Assembly: GCF_006345805.1 (NCBI RefSeq)
Contig: NC_042997.1
Location: forward strand, 12,586,001-12,650,000
DNA: 64,000 bases
Direction: 5' to 3'
From: Octopus sinensis
Taxonomy: Eukaryota
Shown here: positions 13,672-25,215 of the stretch, in pieces
How the letters are laid out: every line of letters starts with the position of its first letter
Position numbering within the stretch: position 1 is the first letter of the stretch
Position numbers and translations under genes: made by a program
Notes under the pieces: generated by a model
Database searches by the model: none
The model's input: the letters and a program-made list of their open reading frames with translations, nothing else
Told to the model about the DNA's origin: nothing

Positions 13672-13862
13672 AATTGACAGTATGAGATAAAAATATCCAA
13701 AGCCGTATATAGTTATATAGTTTTAGCACCTTTATAAAGAAAGTCTTACAGCTGTTTCTGGGATATTTTATAGATCCTGGAAAGTGCTGTAAGACCTTTT
13801 CTTTATAAATGTTCTGAAAACTATTTACAGCCTTGGATTTTTTTTATCTCATTCTGTCAATT
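13672..13862. repeat. ~190-bp imperfect foldback of a PLE-like terminus
   Basis: AATTGACAG...CTGTCAATT arms; each arm carries the 3' half of an HHR (ATATCCCAGAAACAGCTGTAAGAC-like); flanked by (TA)n. Confidence 0.7.
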
Positions 13863-14022
13863 TTATATATATATATATATATGCATGCTAATACATGACC
13901 CATATTGGATCCCTAATTCGTATCATTATCAAACCCGTAGCTTATCCATGGCCTGTCCATAGCATTTACTTAGCGTTACCTGACACCTTTTGGGTGTTTT
14001 TTTTTTACACCAATACCTCTCA

Positions 14023-14058
<36 letters not shown>

Positions 14059-14229
14059 CGAGATGACACTGGAAAAACCAAATGCTATGTAATAAACTTC
14101 ATTAGATTACAATATCTGTTTTATGCGATAAGATTTTGTGCACCCAATGCTGTGTACCAGGATATCATCTTTAGCTTTATCAGAGCCTTGAATATGAAAT
14201 GCGTTTTATTTGGGAAAGTTACATTTTCA

Positions 14230-14690
14230 GAACATACAAGCGTTATGAGTGAGAAAGTTCAGGTTGATGGAATGAAAAGTTCTATCTCAATGACGGAAAA
14301 AGTATGCAAATGTACGTAAGGTAGGTTAGACGGAATTTAAGACGGTTGGAAATCTGGGGAATAGATGAATTATTTCGTACGGTATATGAAGGATGAAACA
14401 GTATAAAGATGAGTTGGTTCATAGAGTCGATGGTAGCCTTTGGAGGAGAAGCTATGCAGCGTGGCAGTACAGAAGAATAGATTAAAATAAGTAGAGAGTG
14501 AAAAGTGTGTGTGTGTGAGATAGAGGGACAGATCAGTTGAACCAGTGACTATAACATGGTGATGTGTGAATATATGATAGTTAATGAAATAGCTTTTTTT
14601 TTTATGAAGTCTAGACTCTTTATGAATGAAACTAAAGTCATGTCTCAAATGTAATGAGTCTAGTGCTATGGGTCTGAATTTCACCTCATA
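14230..14690 (-). pseudogene. Old CR1/Jockey-group LINE 3' relic
   Basis: SKGYHRLYEPTHLYTVSSFIYRTK...HTFSVIEIELF resembles a CR1-type ORF2 end. Confidence 0.4.
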
Positions 14691-14933
14691 ATTAATTGAT
14701 AGAAGATGTAATGGCCCTAAAGTTATGAAATACTTAATGATCTTAAAATGCCAAATTATTACCTAATCCTCAAAGGCTGAAATTTTTGGTGGCTCGAATT
14801 TTGTCTGATAGCCAAGAATCGTATTGATTGTTACATGACAAACAACGCTTACCCAAAATCTATTCTGAAAGCTATTTTTGATTAAGAAAATATTTTTCAT
14901 AGTCTGTCACTGGTATTTATTTCATCGAATCTA

Positions 14934-15322
14934 GAGGCGTGGGTGTGTAGTAAGAAGCTTACCTCCCAACCACATGGTTCCGCGTTCAGTCCCACTGCGT
15001 GACACTTTGGGCAAGTGTCAACTACAATAGCCTTCGAGCCGACGGAAACTGAAAGCCCGTCGTATATGTGTGCGTGCGAGCGTGCGTGTGCGTGTGTGTG
15101 TATTTATATGTGTGTCTGTTTGTCCCTCCGCCATTGCTTGAGAAGCGATGCTGGTGTGTTTATGTTCCCGTAACTTAGCAGTTGGGCATTATAGACCGGC
15201 AGAATAAATAATAGGCTTATAAAGAATAAGTCCTGGGTTCGATTTCTTCGACTAAAATCTTTTACGGGGGTGCTCGAGCATAGCTGCAGTCAAATGAATA
15301 AAAGAGTAAAAGAATAAAAGAA
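14934..15322 (+). mobile_element. SINE-A, near full length
   Basis: Head, body and (TAAAAGAA)n tail. Confidence 0.8.
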
Positions 15323-16249
15323 TAGATTAGTAAGGTGAATAAATTAGCACCGAAAACCTAAGTTAAATGCTGATTCTCTGTTGTGAATCTGGTGTAAAAC
15401 TTTAAACAACATCTTATTCTGTTTCAGTTATTTATATATTTCCTTCAATTATCCGAATATTTGAGACTCTCAAGTATTTTACATAGAAAATTGTTTAAAC
15501 CCTTTTCCTGCTTCTATTTTATTCATTTGATATTTCATTACTATAGCAGCAGAGCAAGAAATACACTTCTCGAATTACCCTTTTCGATAGCAACTGAAAC
15601 CATTTGTCGCAACAAGCAACCCAATGTCTTATTCACTACCTACAACAGTTTCAGAGTCAATTTGAAGAGGAGATTAGGATAGAGGGATCATAGCTCTAGC
15701 GAATCACAAAGGTCTCTTGAAAATTAAGGGACCGACTTAATTACGGAAGTGTCACAATTTCTTCGCTCAGCATGCATTGCCACTACTTCTATTGCACCGT
15801 CAATCAGTGAGACCTGGCGAAAGCATCGATCTTCAAACTAGACTGAGCTACAAAAGGTTACTTTTGTAATGACAATGTACGTATGCATACATGTATGAAT
15901 GTATGTATGGATGCATGCATGTGCAGATGTACGTATGAATGACGATATATATGCATTTATGCTTATTTATGCATTTACGTATATGTACGGAACCATATAT
16001 GAGTATGTGTGTGATGCTTTTTAAAAATTTTTGCAAAACGTTTGACAGTGACTTCGAAATTTTTCGGTTTACTATCAGACATCAAGATTTAAATAGTGTT
16101 CGTGGCGGGGTATCAATTTGCTGGACCTAGTAATGTGTATCTGTGGTATAAGTAAGTTAGTATGGAGAAGGAGGAGTTGTTTTGCTGAAAGGGCATGTAG
16201 TATATGTTTGTGGAATATTGGTGAAAGGAAGGAATGTTGAAGACATCTT

Positions 16250-17165
16250 TTCTGGAGTTCTCTCTCGTAAACCTTATTACAAAACGATCTGGTTTTATCT
16301 AGAGACTTTTTTTTTATATGAACCCCATAATATTACAAAAGCCATCCTATATCTGGAGAGAAGCACTCCGTCGGTTACGACGACGAGGGTTCCGGTTGAT
16401 CCGAATCAACGGAACAGCCTGCTCGTGAAATTAACGCGTAAGTGGCTGAGCACTCCACAGACACGTGTACCCTTAACGTAGTTCTCGGGGATATTCAGCG
16501 TGACACAGAGAGTGACAAGGCCGGCCCTTTGAAATACAGGTACAACAGAAACAGGAAGTAAGAGTGAGAGAAAGTTGTGGTGAAAGAGTACAGCAGGGAT
16601 CACCACCATCCCCTGCCAGAGCCTCGTGGAGCTTTAGGTGTTTTGGCTCAATAAACACTCACAACGCCCGGTCTGGGAATCGAAACCGCGATCCTATGAC
16701 CGCGAGTCCGCTGCCCTAACCACTGGGCCATTGCGCCTCCACATCCTATATCTAAAGAGCAGTGATTAATCATAAGAAAATCTTCAGCAAATACAGATTG
16801 TGACCTGACTATCACATACCTTCCACATGATGCTTTTTACAAGATTATTTCTAAAAGCATTTTCACATATGTGCCAAACTGACCCCACCACAAATAGCAA
16901 TTATTCTTTATCTGACCAGCAAAACTACCATCACCATCTTTCTCTCCACATACACTTTACTTTTCCTCCTGTCTTTTCCAATCCCTGTCTCATACAATAA
17001 TTCCTTTTCGCCTAGAAATTCATCTACACTACATATGATTTTCTTGCTCCACCCACCAAGGGAACAAACCGTCAAAAACTATATAAGGCTAAGAAAGAAA
17101 AGAAAGAAACACGAAACCACTGTCTGATGACTGCTAATAAGTGAAAATATTAAATGTCTGGCTAT
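16250..17165 (+). pseudogene. Degenerate Penelope-like relic (RT thumb/linker), split by SINE-C
   Basis: LETFFL...ITKAIL and RLFLKAFSHMCQTDPTTNS resemble PLE post-RT motifs; ends in a decayed HHR-like CTGATGA...GAAA at ~17118-17165. Confidence 0.35.
16355..16741 (-). mobile_element. SINE-C1 (tRNA-derived) with 12-bp target-site duplication
   Basis: A box TGGCCCAGTGG, B box GTTTCGATTCC; CATCCTATATCT at 16343-16354 and 16742-16753. Confidence 0.85.
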
Positions 17166-17284
17166 CTTTTCCCTGTATAGTTTTATGTTTGCTTCGAGAT
17201 TAGTTCAAATAAAGAATTATTTCATGTCCTTTTCAACAGTTTATGTAATTGTTATGACGAAAACGCGCACGCACATACACACAA

Positions 17285-17321
<37 letters not shown>

Positions 17322-18039
17322 ACACACACAAATGAAGACACATACACGCACGCACACACACACACACATACACACACACACACGTACTATGTTTTGGTGA
17401 TTAAAACGTAAAGTTAAAGTGTGCGCCATAGAAGCGAAATTTTCGTGCTTGTTGCTCATAGCTTGGAATTTTGCAACATTAAAATGCATGTTATTGTTGA
17501 GGCCACCTGTATTTTGCGTCCACTTTGAGTAGCAGTGGTTCCAAGACAGTGTCCTGTGGAATACCATTTATAATTTGCGTTTCCTTCGAAGTAACACCGT
17601 TGGCTATTATTACCTGGTTTCTATCTTTTAGAAAGTCATGTAGCCACTTTCCAAATTTTCTCGACTATGCCGAGGTCATGTAGCTTGTGACTAATTATTC
17701 AATTTTACCAAAGGCTTTTACCAAAGGATTTTACCAAATTCGAGATTTACTATGTCCAAGTTTGTGCGGTTGAGCAGCTGCTTTGACGCCCAGTATCGTA
17801 AGAGCTCTGTCAGGTAGCTTCTGATTGGTTGAAAACCATGCTGGGTGTAGAGTTAGCAAGAGGTTATCTCTAAGGAATACAATTATTTACCTTCGGAATT
17901 GAAATTCGAATTTCCACGGGGCTCTGAAACTTTCAATAGCATGGATTTCACATCAAAATGCTTTGCATAATATATATATATATATATTATAATATATATA
18001 TATATATATATTCATACACACACTGAACCGCCCCCCACC

Positions 18040-18200
18040 AAAAAAAACAATACAAAAAACGAACACAAATGAAAACAAAAACGCGACTACGTAGTATTAG
18101 CAGACGCTCAGGGAAGGAAAGAAAGTAGGTTTTACGTTTCGAGCAAGGCCCTTCTTCAGAAGCTGGAAATAGAAAAAAGTCCAAGGGAAAGGGAAGACGG
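18040..18200 (-). mobile_element. PLE-type terminus with minimal HHR motif (18129-18163)
   Basis: - strand: gctt CTGAAGAA GGGC ctt GCTC GAAA CG TA aaa; downstream CCCTGAGCGTCTGCTAATAC parallels the 18560/45692 termini. Confidence 0.6.
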
Positions 18201-18291
18201 AGGAAAAAAACTACCAACGATTCACGTCGGTAAAACAAATCCGAAAGTGATGCACACTCTAAGTTATAGAGCACTATATAATATTAAGTTA

Positions 18292-18449
18292 GATAAGGCC
18301 GGTTTATGAGATCACCCTGGTTTTCACGTCCATCAAGCGCTTAGCTTTACACCGTGTCATCAGATCCCAAAACCTGTTGGCTTAAGGCGTCTCTAGTTAA
18401 GCGGTTTATGGACGTGAAATCCAGGGTAATCCAATAAACCAACCTTATC
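18292..18449. repeat. ~160-bp foldback containing a decayed HHR-like motif (18308-18368, - strand)
   Basis: GATAAGG...CCTTATC arms; - strand gggat CTGATGA c acg...cgt GAAA accaggg TG atctc. Confidence 0.55.
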
Positions 18450-18559
18450 AAACTTTATTTATATCTATCTCTGTATCTATCTCCCTCTCCCTCTCGCTCT
18501 AGCTCTCTCTCTCTCTCTATATATATATATACATATACATATATATATATATATGGTCA

Positions 18560-18872
18560 TTGGAGCTGGTCATTCAACCCTATTATCAACCCTATTATCT
18601 CCCCTTATTTCGCTCTCGCGTCTCATGTTTGATCTTTGACCTCTGGCCGAAATCAGATCGCCATGTTGATTCGTTAGTTACTGCACGCATTTTTTTTCTC
18701 TCCTTCTTTTTGTGTTTTTTTTTTCTCTCTGTGTATCTTTCTGTTGAAGAGCGTAGGCTCGAAACGTTAAAGACTTGTTTTATTTATATTTCCTGAGCGC
18801 CATACTAATACAATTGTTTGTTTGTTTCCCACCTGCCTTCGTCTTTTGTCTATTTTCATAAGCTTCCCGTTA
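18560..18872 (+). mobile_element. Solo 3' terminus of the Penelope-like element
   Basis: Near-identical to the reverse complement of 45692-45990; ends AAGCTTCCCGT followed by (TA)n. Confidence 0.85.
18736..18773 (+). ncRNA. Minimal type I HHR-like motif, variant core CUGUUGAA
   Basis: TCTTT-CTGTTGAA-GAGC gtag GCTC-GAAA-CG-TT-AAAGA: 5-bp stem I, 4-bp stem II, loopless stem III. Confidence 0.6.
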
Positions 18873-18925
18873 TATATATATATATATACATACATACACA
18901 TATATACATATATATATATACATAT

Positions 18926-19022
<97 letters not shown>

Positions 19023-19119
19023 CATATTAGAGGTATTGACATCCAGAAGACCCAAGTTGGCAGGTAACGCTATGTAAGCGCTATGCGGGTCTTGTATGAG
19101 CATGTATAATTTATATGTT

Positions 19120-19723
19120 AAATACAATGGGACAACAAAGCCAAGGGTGTGTGGAAATTTCAGGACATTTATAAAGAGAAAGTTAGTATTACAGCTGTTT
19201 CTGGGATATTTGGGCTACCCCTTCATTAGACACTATGTGAGATTGTTAAGTAGATTAGAATTCAGGGTGAGGAGTTATTTGGGAAAAGGAAGCAAATAAG
19301 GAGTATATAGGAGCAAATAAGGAGCAAATAGGAAAATGAATGTAGAAATAAAAATTTTTAAATGTATAAAGATGTTATGCTAGAAGTTCCATTATCCGAG
19401 GAAAGTGGTTTGTAGAAGTGGTAGAAATGCTTCCTGTCTGTGGCATTTCTAACACTTCTACAAACCCCTTTCTTTGCATAATGGAACTGCAACTATAACA
19501 TTTTTATACATTTTTATTTTTATTTCTATATTCATTCATCTATTCCCCTATAAACTCCTTATTTGTTTCCTTTTCCAAAATATTTCCCACTATGTAACCA
19601 TCTTACATCGGCTCTGATGAAGGGATATCACAAATATCCCAGAAACAGCTGTGAGACTAACTTGATCTTTATAAATGCCTTGAAAACTCCACAAAGCCTT
19701 GGCTTTGTTGTTTTATTTTATTT
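19120..19723. repeat. ~600-bp imperfect palindrome (inverted PLE-type termini) with one HHR-like motif per arm
   Basis: Centre AGAAATGC-ttcctgtctgtg-GCATTTCT at 19423-19450; motifs at 19186-19232 (-) and 19610-19658 (+). Confidence 0.75.
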
Positions 19724-20252
19724 AAAAAGGAGGTAAATATAAATATATGAAAGGTTGCTAAATAGAAGTGCAATAAAAATTTGAAGGACAGAACCGGGTA
19801 AAAATGTGTGTCGCGTCGAGGCCTAGCAGTTACAATGGAAAAAAAAAAGATGACGTTGAACTAAACTGACTTGATTTTAGTCATATAAATTCCTTTTTTA
19901 GTATTTAAATTACTAGAATTACTATATATTGTACAATATATTCGTAATTAAAATGTTTCTAATTTGTACATTTTCCTTATGATAACTTCTCAAAAGAAAA
20001 TGAAGAGCGATTTGGAATTTGCATTTTTTCTATTTTTGTTTTAAATCAAACATTTTCTGTCACTGATATAATTGGTGGTAGATGAATGAATATATAAAAA
20101 ATATAGGTGACGCTATATATAGCACTAGGGTTGATAAAGGCCAGATAAACAAAATGTTTTTAATAACATTTCACTTTGAGGTCTTATGTATTAATTTTTT
20201 GTGAGTTAGACCATAGATGAGTCGAGGGAGATCATGATTGACTTAATCTGGT

Positions 20253-20321
<69 letters not shown>

Positions 20322-20789
20322 TTACACTTACATATATAAACGCGCAGACATATACGCATATTTACGTGATGTGCACGATATAGAGGGTCACAGACACACA
20401 CAGACACACGCATATGCATACACAGAATCACACATTCGTTTGTAGGGGTTAATATTATGCACTCAAATTCATATATATGTGAATATAGATGTATATATGT
20501 ATGCATAAAGGTGTGTTTACAAGCGAATGAAAAATAGTGAAAAAGAATGAAAACATTGTACATATTAAATGTATATATTCACTCGTTAGTTTAAACTCGC
20601 ATTATTTGAAGTTTCGTAGACGTGAAACCAGGTTTAGGTCATCAGATATCCTGTTTTCAAGACTGACTCCAGATATCTACAACTGTAATATAGCGACAAC
20701 ATGTCACAACAGTAACATAGTGGCAACATGTAGATATATATATAGATATCTGTTTATAAAAAGGCCAAAGCTCCCTTCTGAGTTATGGA

Positions 20790-21008
20790 TACTCATAAGG
20801 CCTGCTTCCTGGTTTCTGTGGTGTGTTTATCCCCAACTTCACCATCGGATGGGACACCAGTACGTTGTATACTTAATTTTTCTGCTGAGTGAACAGGAGT
20901 AACGTGAAATGAAGTGTTCGCATGAGTACATTGCATCACCCGGTCCAGGAATCGAATCCACAATCTCATGAACATGAACCCAACACCCCAACCACTAAGT
21001 CACGCGTC
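20790..21008 (-). mobile_element. Old tRNA-derived SINE (SINE-C-like head)
   Basis: GACGCGTGACTTAGTGGTT...GATTCGATTCCTGG, then ACTTCATTTCACGTTACTCC, similar to 61221. Confidence 0.55.
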
Positions 21009-21254
21009 TTTTTAATTTCTCTTTACCTCGTGAGTGCAGCTGGGGAACCTAGAGTTTCGTTCCAAATCTGTTTTCAAAATACAATAAGCTCCAAATCTCT
21101 CAGCACTATTTCTGCTATCCTCAGTTAATAAGGAAAAACTATATATTCACTTTTTAATTCGCACGTTCTTTTTCACTATGCAAAGTGAAATAGTTCATAC
21201 CTACGTACATACCAACATATATTAACGCGCACACACACACACACAACACACACA

Positions 21255-21296
<42 letters not shown>

Positions 21297-22000
21297 TCAC
21301 ATACAGAAGTATATATAATCCCAAACATCGTTATAAATGCTAATTGTATATTTGCCTGTTCATCTGTATGCACACATGTGTGTATACGCAGGCGTGTGTG
21401 AATATGAATACGTATGTCTGCATGTGTGTGTACGAGCACGCCCGCATGAGTGTGTGTGTGTGTGTGTTTGTGTGCTATCTATTTGTGTATGTGGGTGAAT
21501 TTGTTTGTGACTGCGCCTATGTAAATGTTTGGTTTTTTGTCTGTGTGTATGTGAACGTGCGTGTGCTTGAGTGTCTGTATGTGGCTTACGAAAGTCTGGA
21601 AATGAAAGACGAGAGAAAAATGAAAACGAAGTTGAGAAATGCACACTGCGTCTACAGTCTATGACTACAGACATACTCGCGCTGCTGTGTTATGGTAAGA
21701 TGGCTGGGACGTATGTGGCACCAGCAGTAGTAGTGATGGCATTCTTAGAAGTGATAGTGATGGTCCAAAAATAATTTTCTATTTCACAATCTAGGTTTAT
21801 ATTTGTTTAATATATATAAAGGAGTTTTTTCTATTAAGTTTATATTCATTTTGGAGCTTAGAAATTAATTTAATAATTGAGGAATTAGCATTTTGTCAAA
21901 TGCTTCCCATTTTTAGTTTCACATGTTAGAATCTTTCCTAGTCAGCGTTCCAAAGCATCTCTTTATGTCTCTTGCTCTCCGAATGCTGTAATTTCATCAG

Positions 22001-22068
22001 ATCGTGAATGGTACGGGACTTGTTTTGCATAAACACTTATTTACTCGCCCTCGTGCCTCTTGACTCCG
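22001..22068 (+). CDS. Candidate exon, possibly with ATG at 22008 (MVRDLFCINTYLLALVPLDS)
   Basis: Acceptor TGTAATTTCATCAG| and strong donor CCG|GTGAGT in non-repetitive sequence; no homology recognised. Confidence 0.25.
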
Positions 22069-22109
22069 GTGAGTGCGGGGCATCTAAACTTGGAGGGTGG
22101 CCCTTCTTC

Positions 22110-22121
22110 TTCCAGAGAGAT

Positions 22122-22160
<39 letters not shown>

Positions 22161-22348
22161 AGAAGGAGAGGGGAGAGAGGAGAGAGAGGAGAGAGAGAGG
22201 AGGATGAGAAGGAAGGAGAAAGAGAGGGAGGAGGGAGGAAGAGGGGGGATGGAAGAAGGAGAGAGGAGGAAGAGAGGAAGAATGAAAGAGAGAAACAGAG
22301 AGGGAGGGATATAGAAAGAGAGAGGGGAGGAGAAGAGAGAGAGGAGAC

Positions 22349-22398
<50 letters not shown>

Positions 22399-22425
22399 GA
22401 GAGGAGAGAGAGAGAGAGAGAGAGA
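22110..22425. repeat. Purine-rich (GA)n/GGA low-complexity tract
   Basis: Directly visible. Confidence 0.95.
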
Positions 22426-22569
22426 TTTAAAGTACCATATTAGTACAGAGATGGTATACTTCAAATTTCGACTCTGAAGCTTAAAGCGCCAGAAGAAATA
22501 CCGTAATGCATTTTTTTTCCTCTACGATCTAAGGATTTTGTCAGCTCTTCAATAATAATAATAATAATG

Positions 22570-22621
<52 letters not shown>

Positions 22622-22623
<2 letters not shown>

Positions 22624-23170
22624 CCCTGATGCAGTACCAAGCAGTGGCTCTCATGGCTTCTGATCTTAACTGATTGGAAGTGTTATCATGTACATTGTTT
22701 TGTCTTGGTATAAAAGATGGGCTACAGCAAATATTCTGCTCAATACCACAGATTTGCTTGTCAGTTGTTTGACCTTACCAGTTGAGCATGTCCCTTAGTG
22801 GCTGACGATATGTGCATCTCTGATCACGAGCAGAAGTAGTGGGGAGCATCATAGCCATGTGTTGAGAAGGATTCTTTGGGGTTTGAATAATTCACCGCTG
22901 AAACATGGGTGTTTCGTTCAACGTCCTTAAACAACCTTATTCAAGGACCTTTTGAGCGGGATGGGTTACTCGATCTGAAGAAAATTCTAACTGGGCTCCA
23001 CCTGCAAGGTCATGTGCTGTTTATCTTGATATGAGATCACCATGTCGCGCACATATGGTTGTGATGCATGTGCCTGGTGTACCTTTATCAGACGGGTAGT
23101 CATGATGGGTATACTGGGCTTCGTATATTTTACCCCAGTGTCACTTTGATGGCATGCTCTGCTCGCTCAC
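22622..23170 (-). mobile_element. 3' fragment of a non-LTR retroposon with (ATT)n tail, family unassigned
   Basis: Ends ...GTACTGCATCAGGGCATT(ATT)n on the - strand; TCAATAATAATAATAATAA occurs on both flanks (~22549 and ~23172), TSD-like. Confidence 0.45.
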
Positions 23171-24066
23171 TCAATAATAATAATAATAACGATTCTGCCA
23201 GCTCGCCGCCTTTAAAGGTGCTAATACTTAAAGTAATATTAATAATAATATGCTTATGATTTTGGCAGAGACCAACCAATTTTTAGGAACTCTATTTAAA
23301 TCGACGCAAGTGAATTATTTTATCGATCCCGTAAAGATGAAGGGCAAAGTTCACTTCGGAAAATCTAAAGACTCGGAACAAATACCGTAATGCACTTTTT
23401 TTTCCAATACTCAGTTATTTCTTTAGTTTCTCACAAAGTGTTGATGTTTACCCAAATATCGGCTGAGGTAAAAAAAAAAATAATAAAAGCTTTAGATGAG
23501 AGTATACAGAGTATGTAAACATGTAATAATGACAAACTACCTCCAGGGAAAACTCAATAAACCTCTCAAATCCAAGATTATGCGGCCTACTAAAGTCAAG
23601 TTATTCCCTCAGTTATTCTGCAGGTGTATGCTGAAATTAGCCTAGTCATTATGGACATTTTCCCCACCTACAAGGCCATTTTAACAAATTTACTGCAGGC
23701 AAGTACCTCTCTCTCCACTCGCCTTCCCAAGCGGAACTTGAATAAGTCGGTGTGGGCTTTACCGAAACGGAAAGTCTGTCTTCATTTCTTTCAGCATCGT
23801 CCCCCACACAGCCTCTATCGCCATTGCTATCTGACGGACACATACTGCCTGTCCGTTCCGATTTGCAGGAAAGTTTCGTTCCTCTGTGCACATAATAGAG
23901 AGACTAGTGTGATGAGACTTGCGTACCTGTAGAGTATATTACGAACTTGTAGTACCTTTCGGTCGGTGTTTCTAAGAGTCATCTAAAGCTCCGAGTCCAA
24001 ATCTCCTCCAGATCAAACCAGTTATTTCATTCTCGTCAATGTCAACGCTACCCCAAGAATGTTGTC

Positions 24067-24482
24067 AAAGGTGGTGCGCTGGTAGAAACGTTAGCACGCC
24101 GGGCGAAATGCTTAGCGGTATTTCGTCTGCTGCTACGTTTTGAGTTCAAATTCCGCCGAGGTCGACTTTGCCTTTCATCCTTTCGGGGTCGATAAATTAA
24201 GTACCAGTTACGCTCTGGGGTCGATATAATCGACTTAATCCGTTTGTCAGTCCTTGTTTGTCCCATCTGTGTGTAGCCCCCTGTGGGTAGTAGAGAAATA
24301 GGTATTTCGTCTGCCGCTACGTTTTGAGTTCAAATTCCGTCAAGATCGACTTTGCCTTTCATCCTTTCGGGGTCGATAAATTAAGTACCAGTTACGCACT
24401 GGGGTCAATGTAATCGACTTAATCCGTTTGTCTGCCCTCGTTTGTCCCTATATGTTTAGCCCCTTGTGGGCAATAAGGAAAT
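24067..24482 (+). mobile_element. SINE-B head-to-tail dimer with 12-bp target-site duplication
   Basis: AAGAATGTTGTC at 24055-24066 and 24483-24494; internal junction GAAATAG|GTATTTCGTCTG. Confidence 0.9.
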
Positions 24483-24705
24483 AAGAATGTTGTCGTTCCT
24501 CCCTATCACTAGTCTTCTATAGACTGTCTATATTGAACTTCCACCGACTACATTATTCGACTGGTACAGGAGTACTTAGTGATATTTTAGGTACTAGGCG
24601 CTTAGTCTTTGATTTATACAAGACCCAGAAATGTATCTCCGTCAAAAAGAGAAGCTTGCCTTACCAGCGATGATCACATCCGTTCATCATTCAGAAATTT
24701 TTGTA

Positions 24706-25215
24706 CCGTAAATCCTTTAGTATAATCCACATTTTTCCCCCATAATTTAAAGGTCAAAATCCCTAGTGCGTACTATATACGAGGTTAAAAATGAAAATTA
24801 TTTTCTAAGCAATGTCCGAGTCTCGATTTGCTGTCCGGCAATGTTTATTCAGACGCATTTTGTGATGTCGGGCGCGAAAATACCTTAAACTAAGTCTGAA
24901 AGCAATAAAATCATAAAAGAATCATCAATAACTTGCAATAAGCAACATTTATTAAACGTTATTACTGTTATTACTGTTATTTCTTTATTTTCTGCAAACA
25001 AAATGCACAAAAAAAGCTACATGTTTGCATTATGTATACAATAATAATAAAGTACGTTACTGTATACAGTTTTACAAACCAAAGACGTTATATAGACCTC
25101 CTTGACTCAAGTTAGAGAAGGGGTGCGTATTATACACAAGGTTTTCAGAGGTACAGCCCCCTAAAAATCCCCTGCGTATTATACTCAAGGGCGGACTATA
25201 TTCGAGGATTTGCAG
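24706..25215. mobile_element. Tc1/mariner-type MITE, ~510 bp
   Basis: Inverted termini CCGTAAATCCTTTAGTATAATCCAC and GCGGACTATATTCGAGGATTTGCAG, with TA on both sides. Confidence 0.6.

Noticed and set aside
14231-14311. 81-nt open exon-like segment (TTTTCAG|...|GTACGT)
   Set aside because: Overlaps a CR1-like LINE 3' relic on the opposite strand
17118-17165. CTGATGA...GAAA HHR-like motif
   Set aside because: Stems I and II do not pair; at best a decayed relic, not counted as a ribozyme
19040-19095. Twister-like words (CCCAAG, TAACGC, GCG, GGG)
   Set aside because: Their order fits no legal twister permutation
21970-22005. CTGATGA with a short stem on the - strand
   Set aside because: No GAAA or stem III follows
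23624-23700. Exon-like VYAEISLV...LLQ with a GC donor
   Set aside because: Antisense to the Tx1 ORF2 relic
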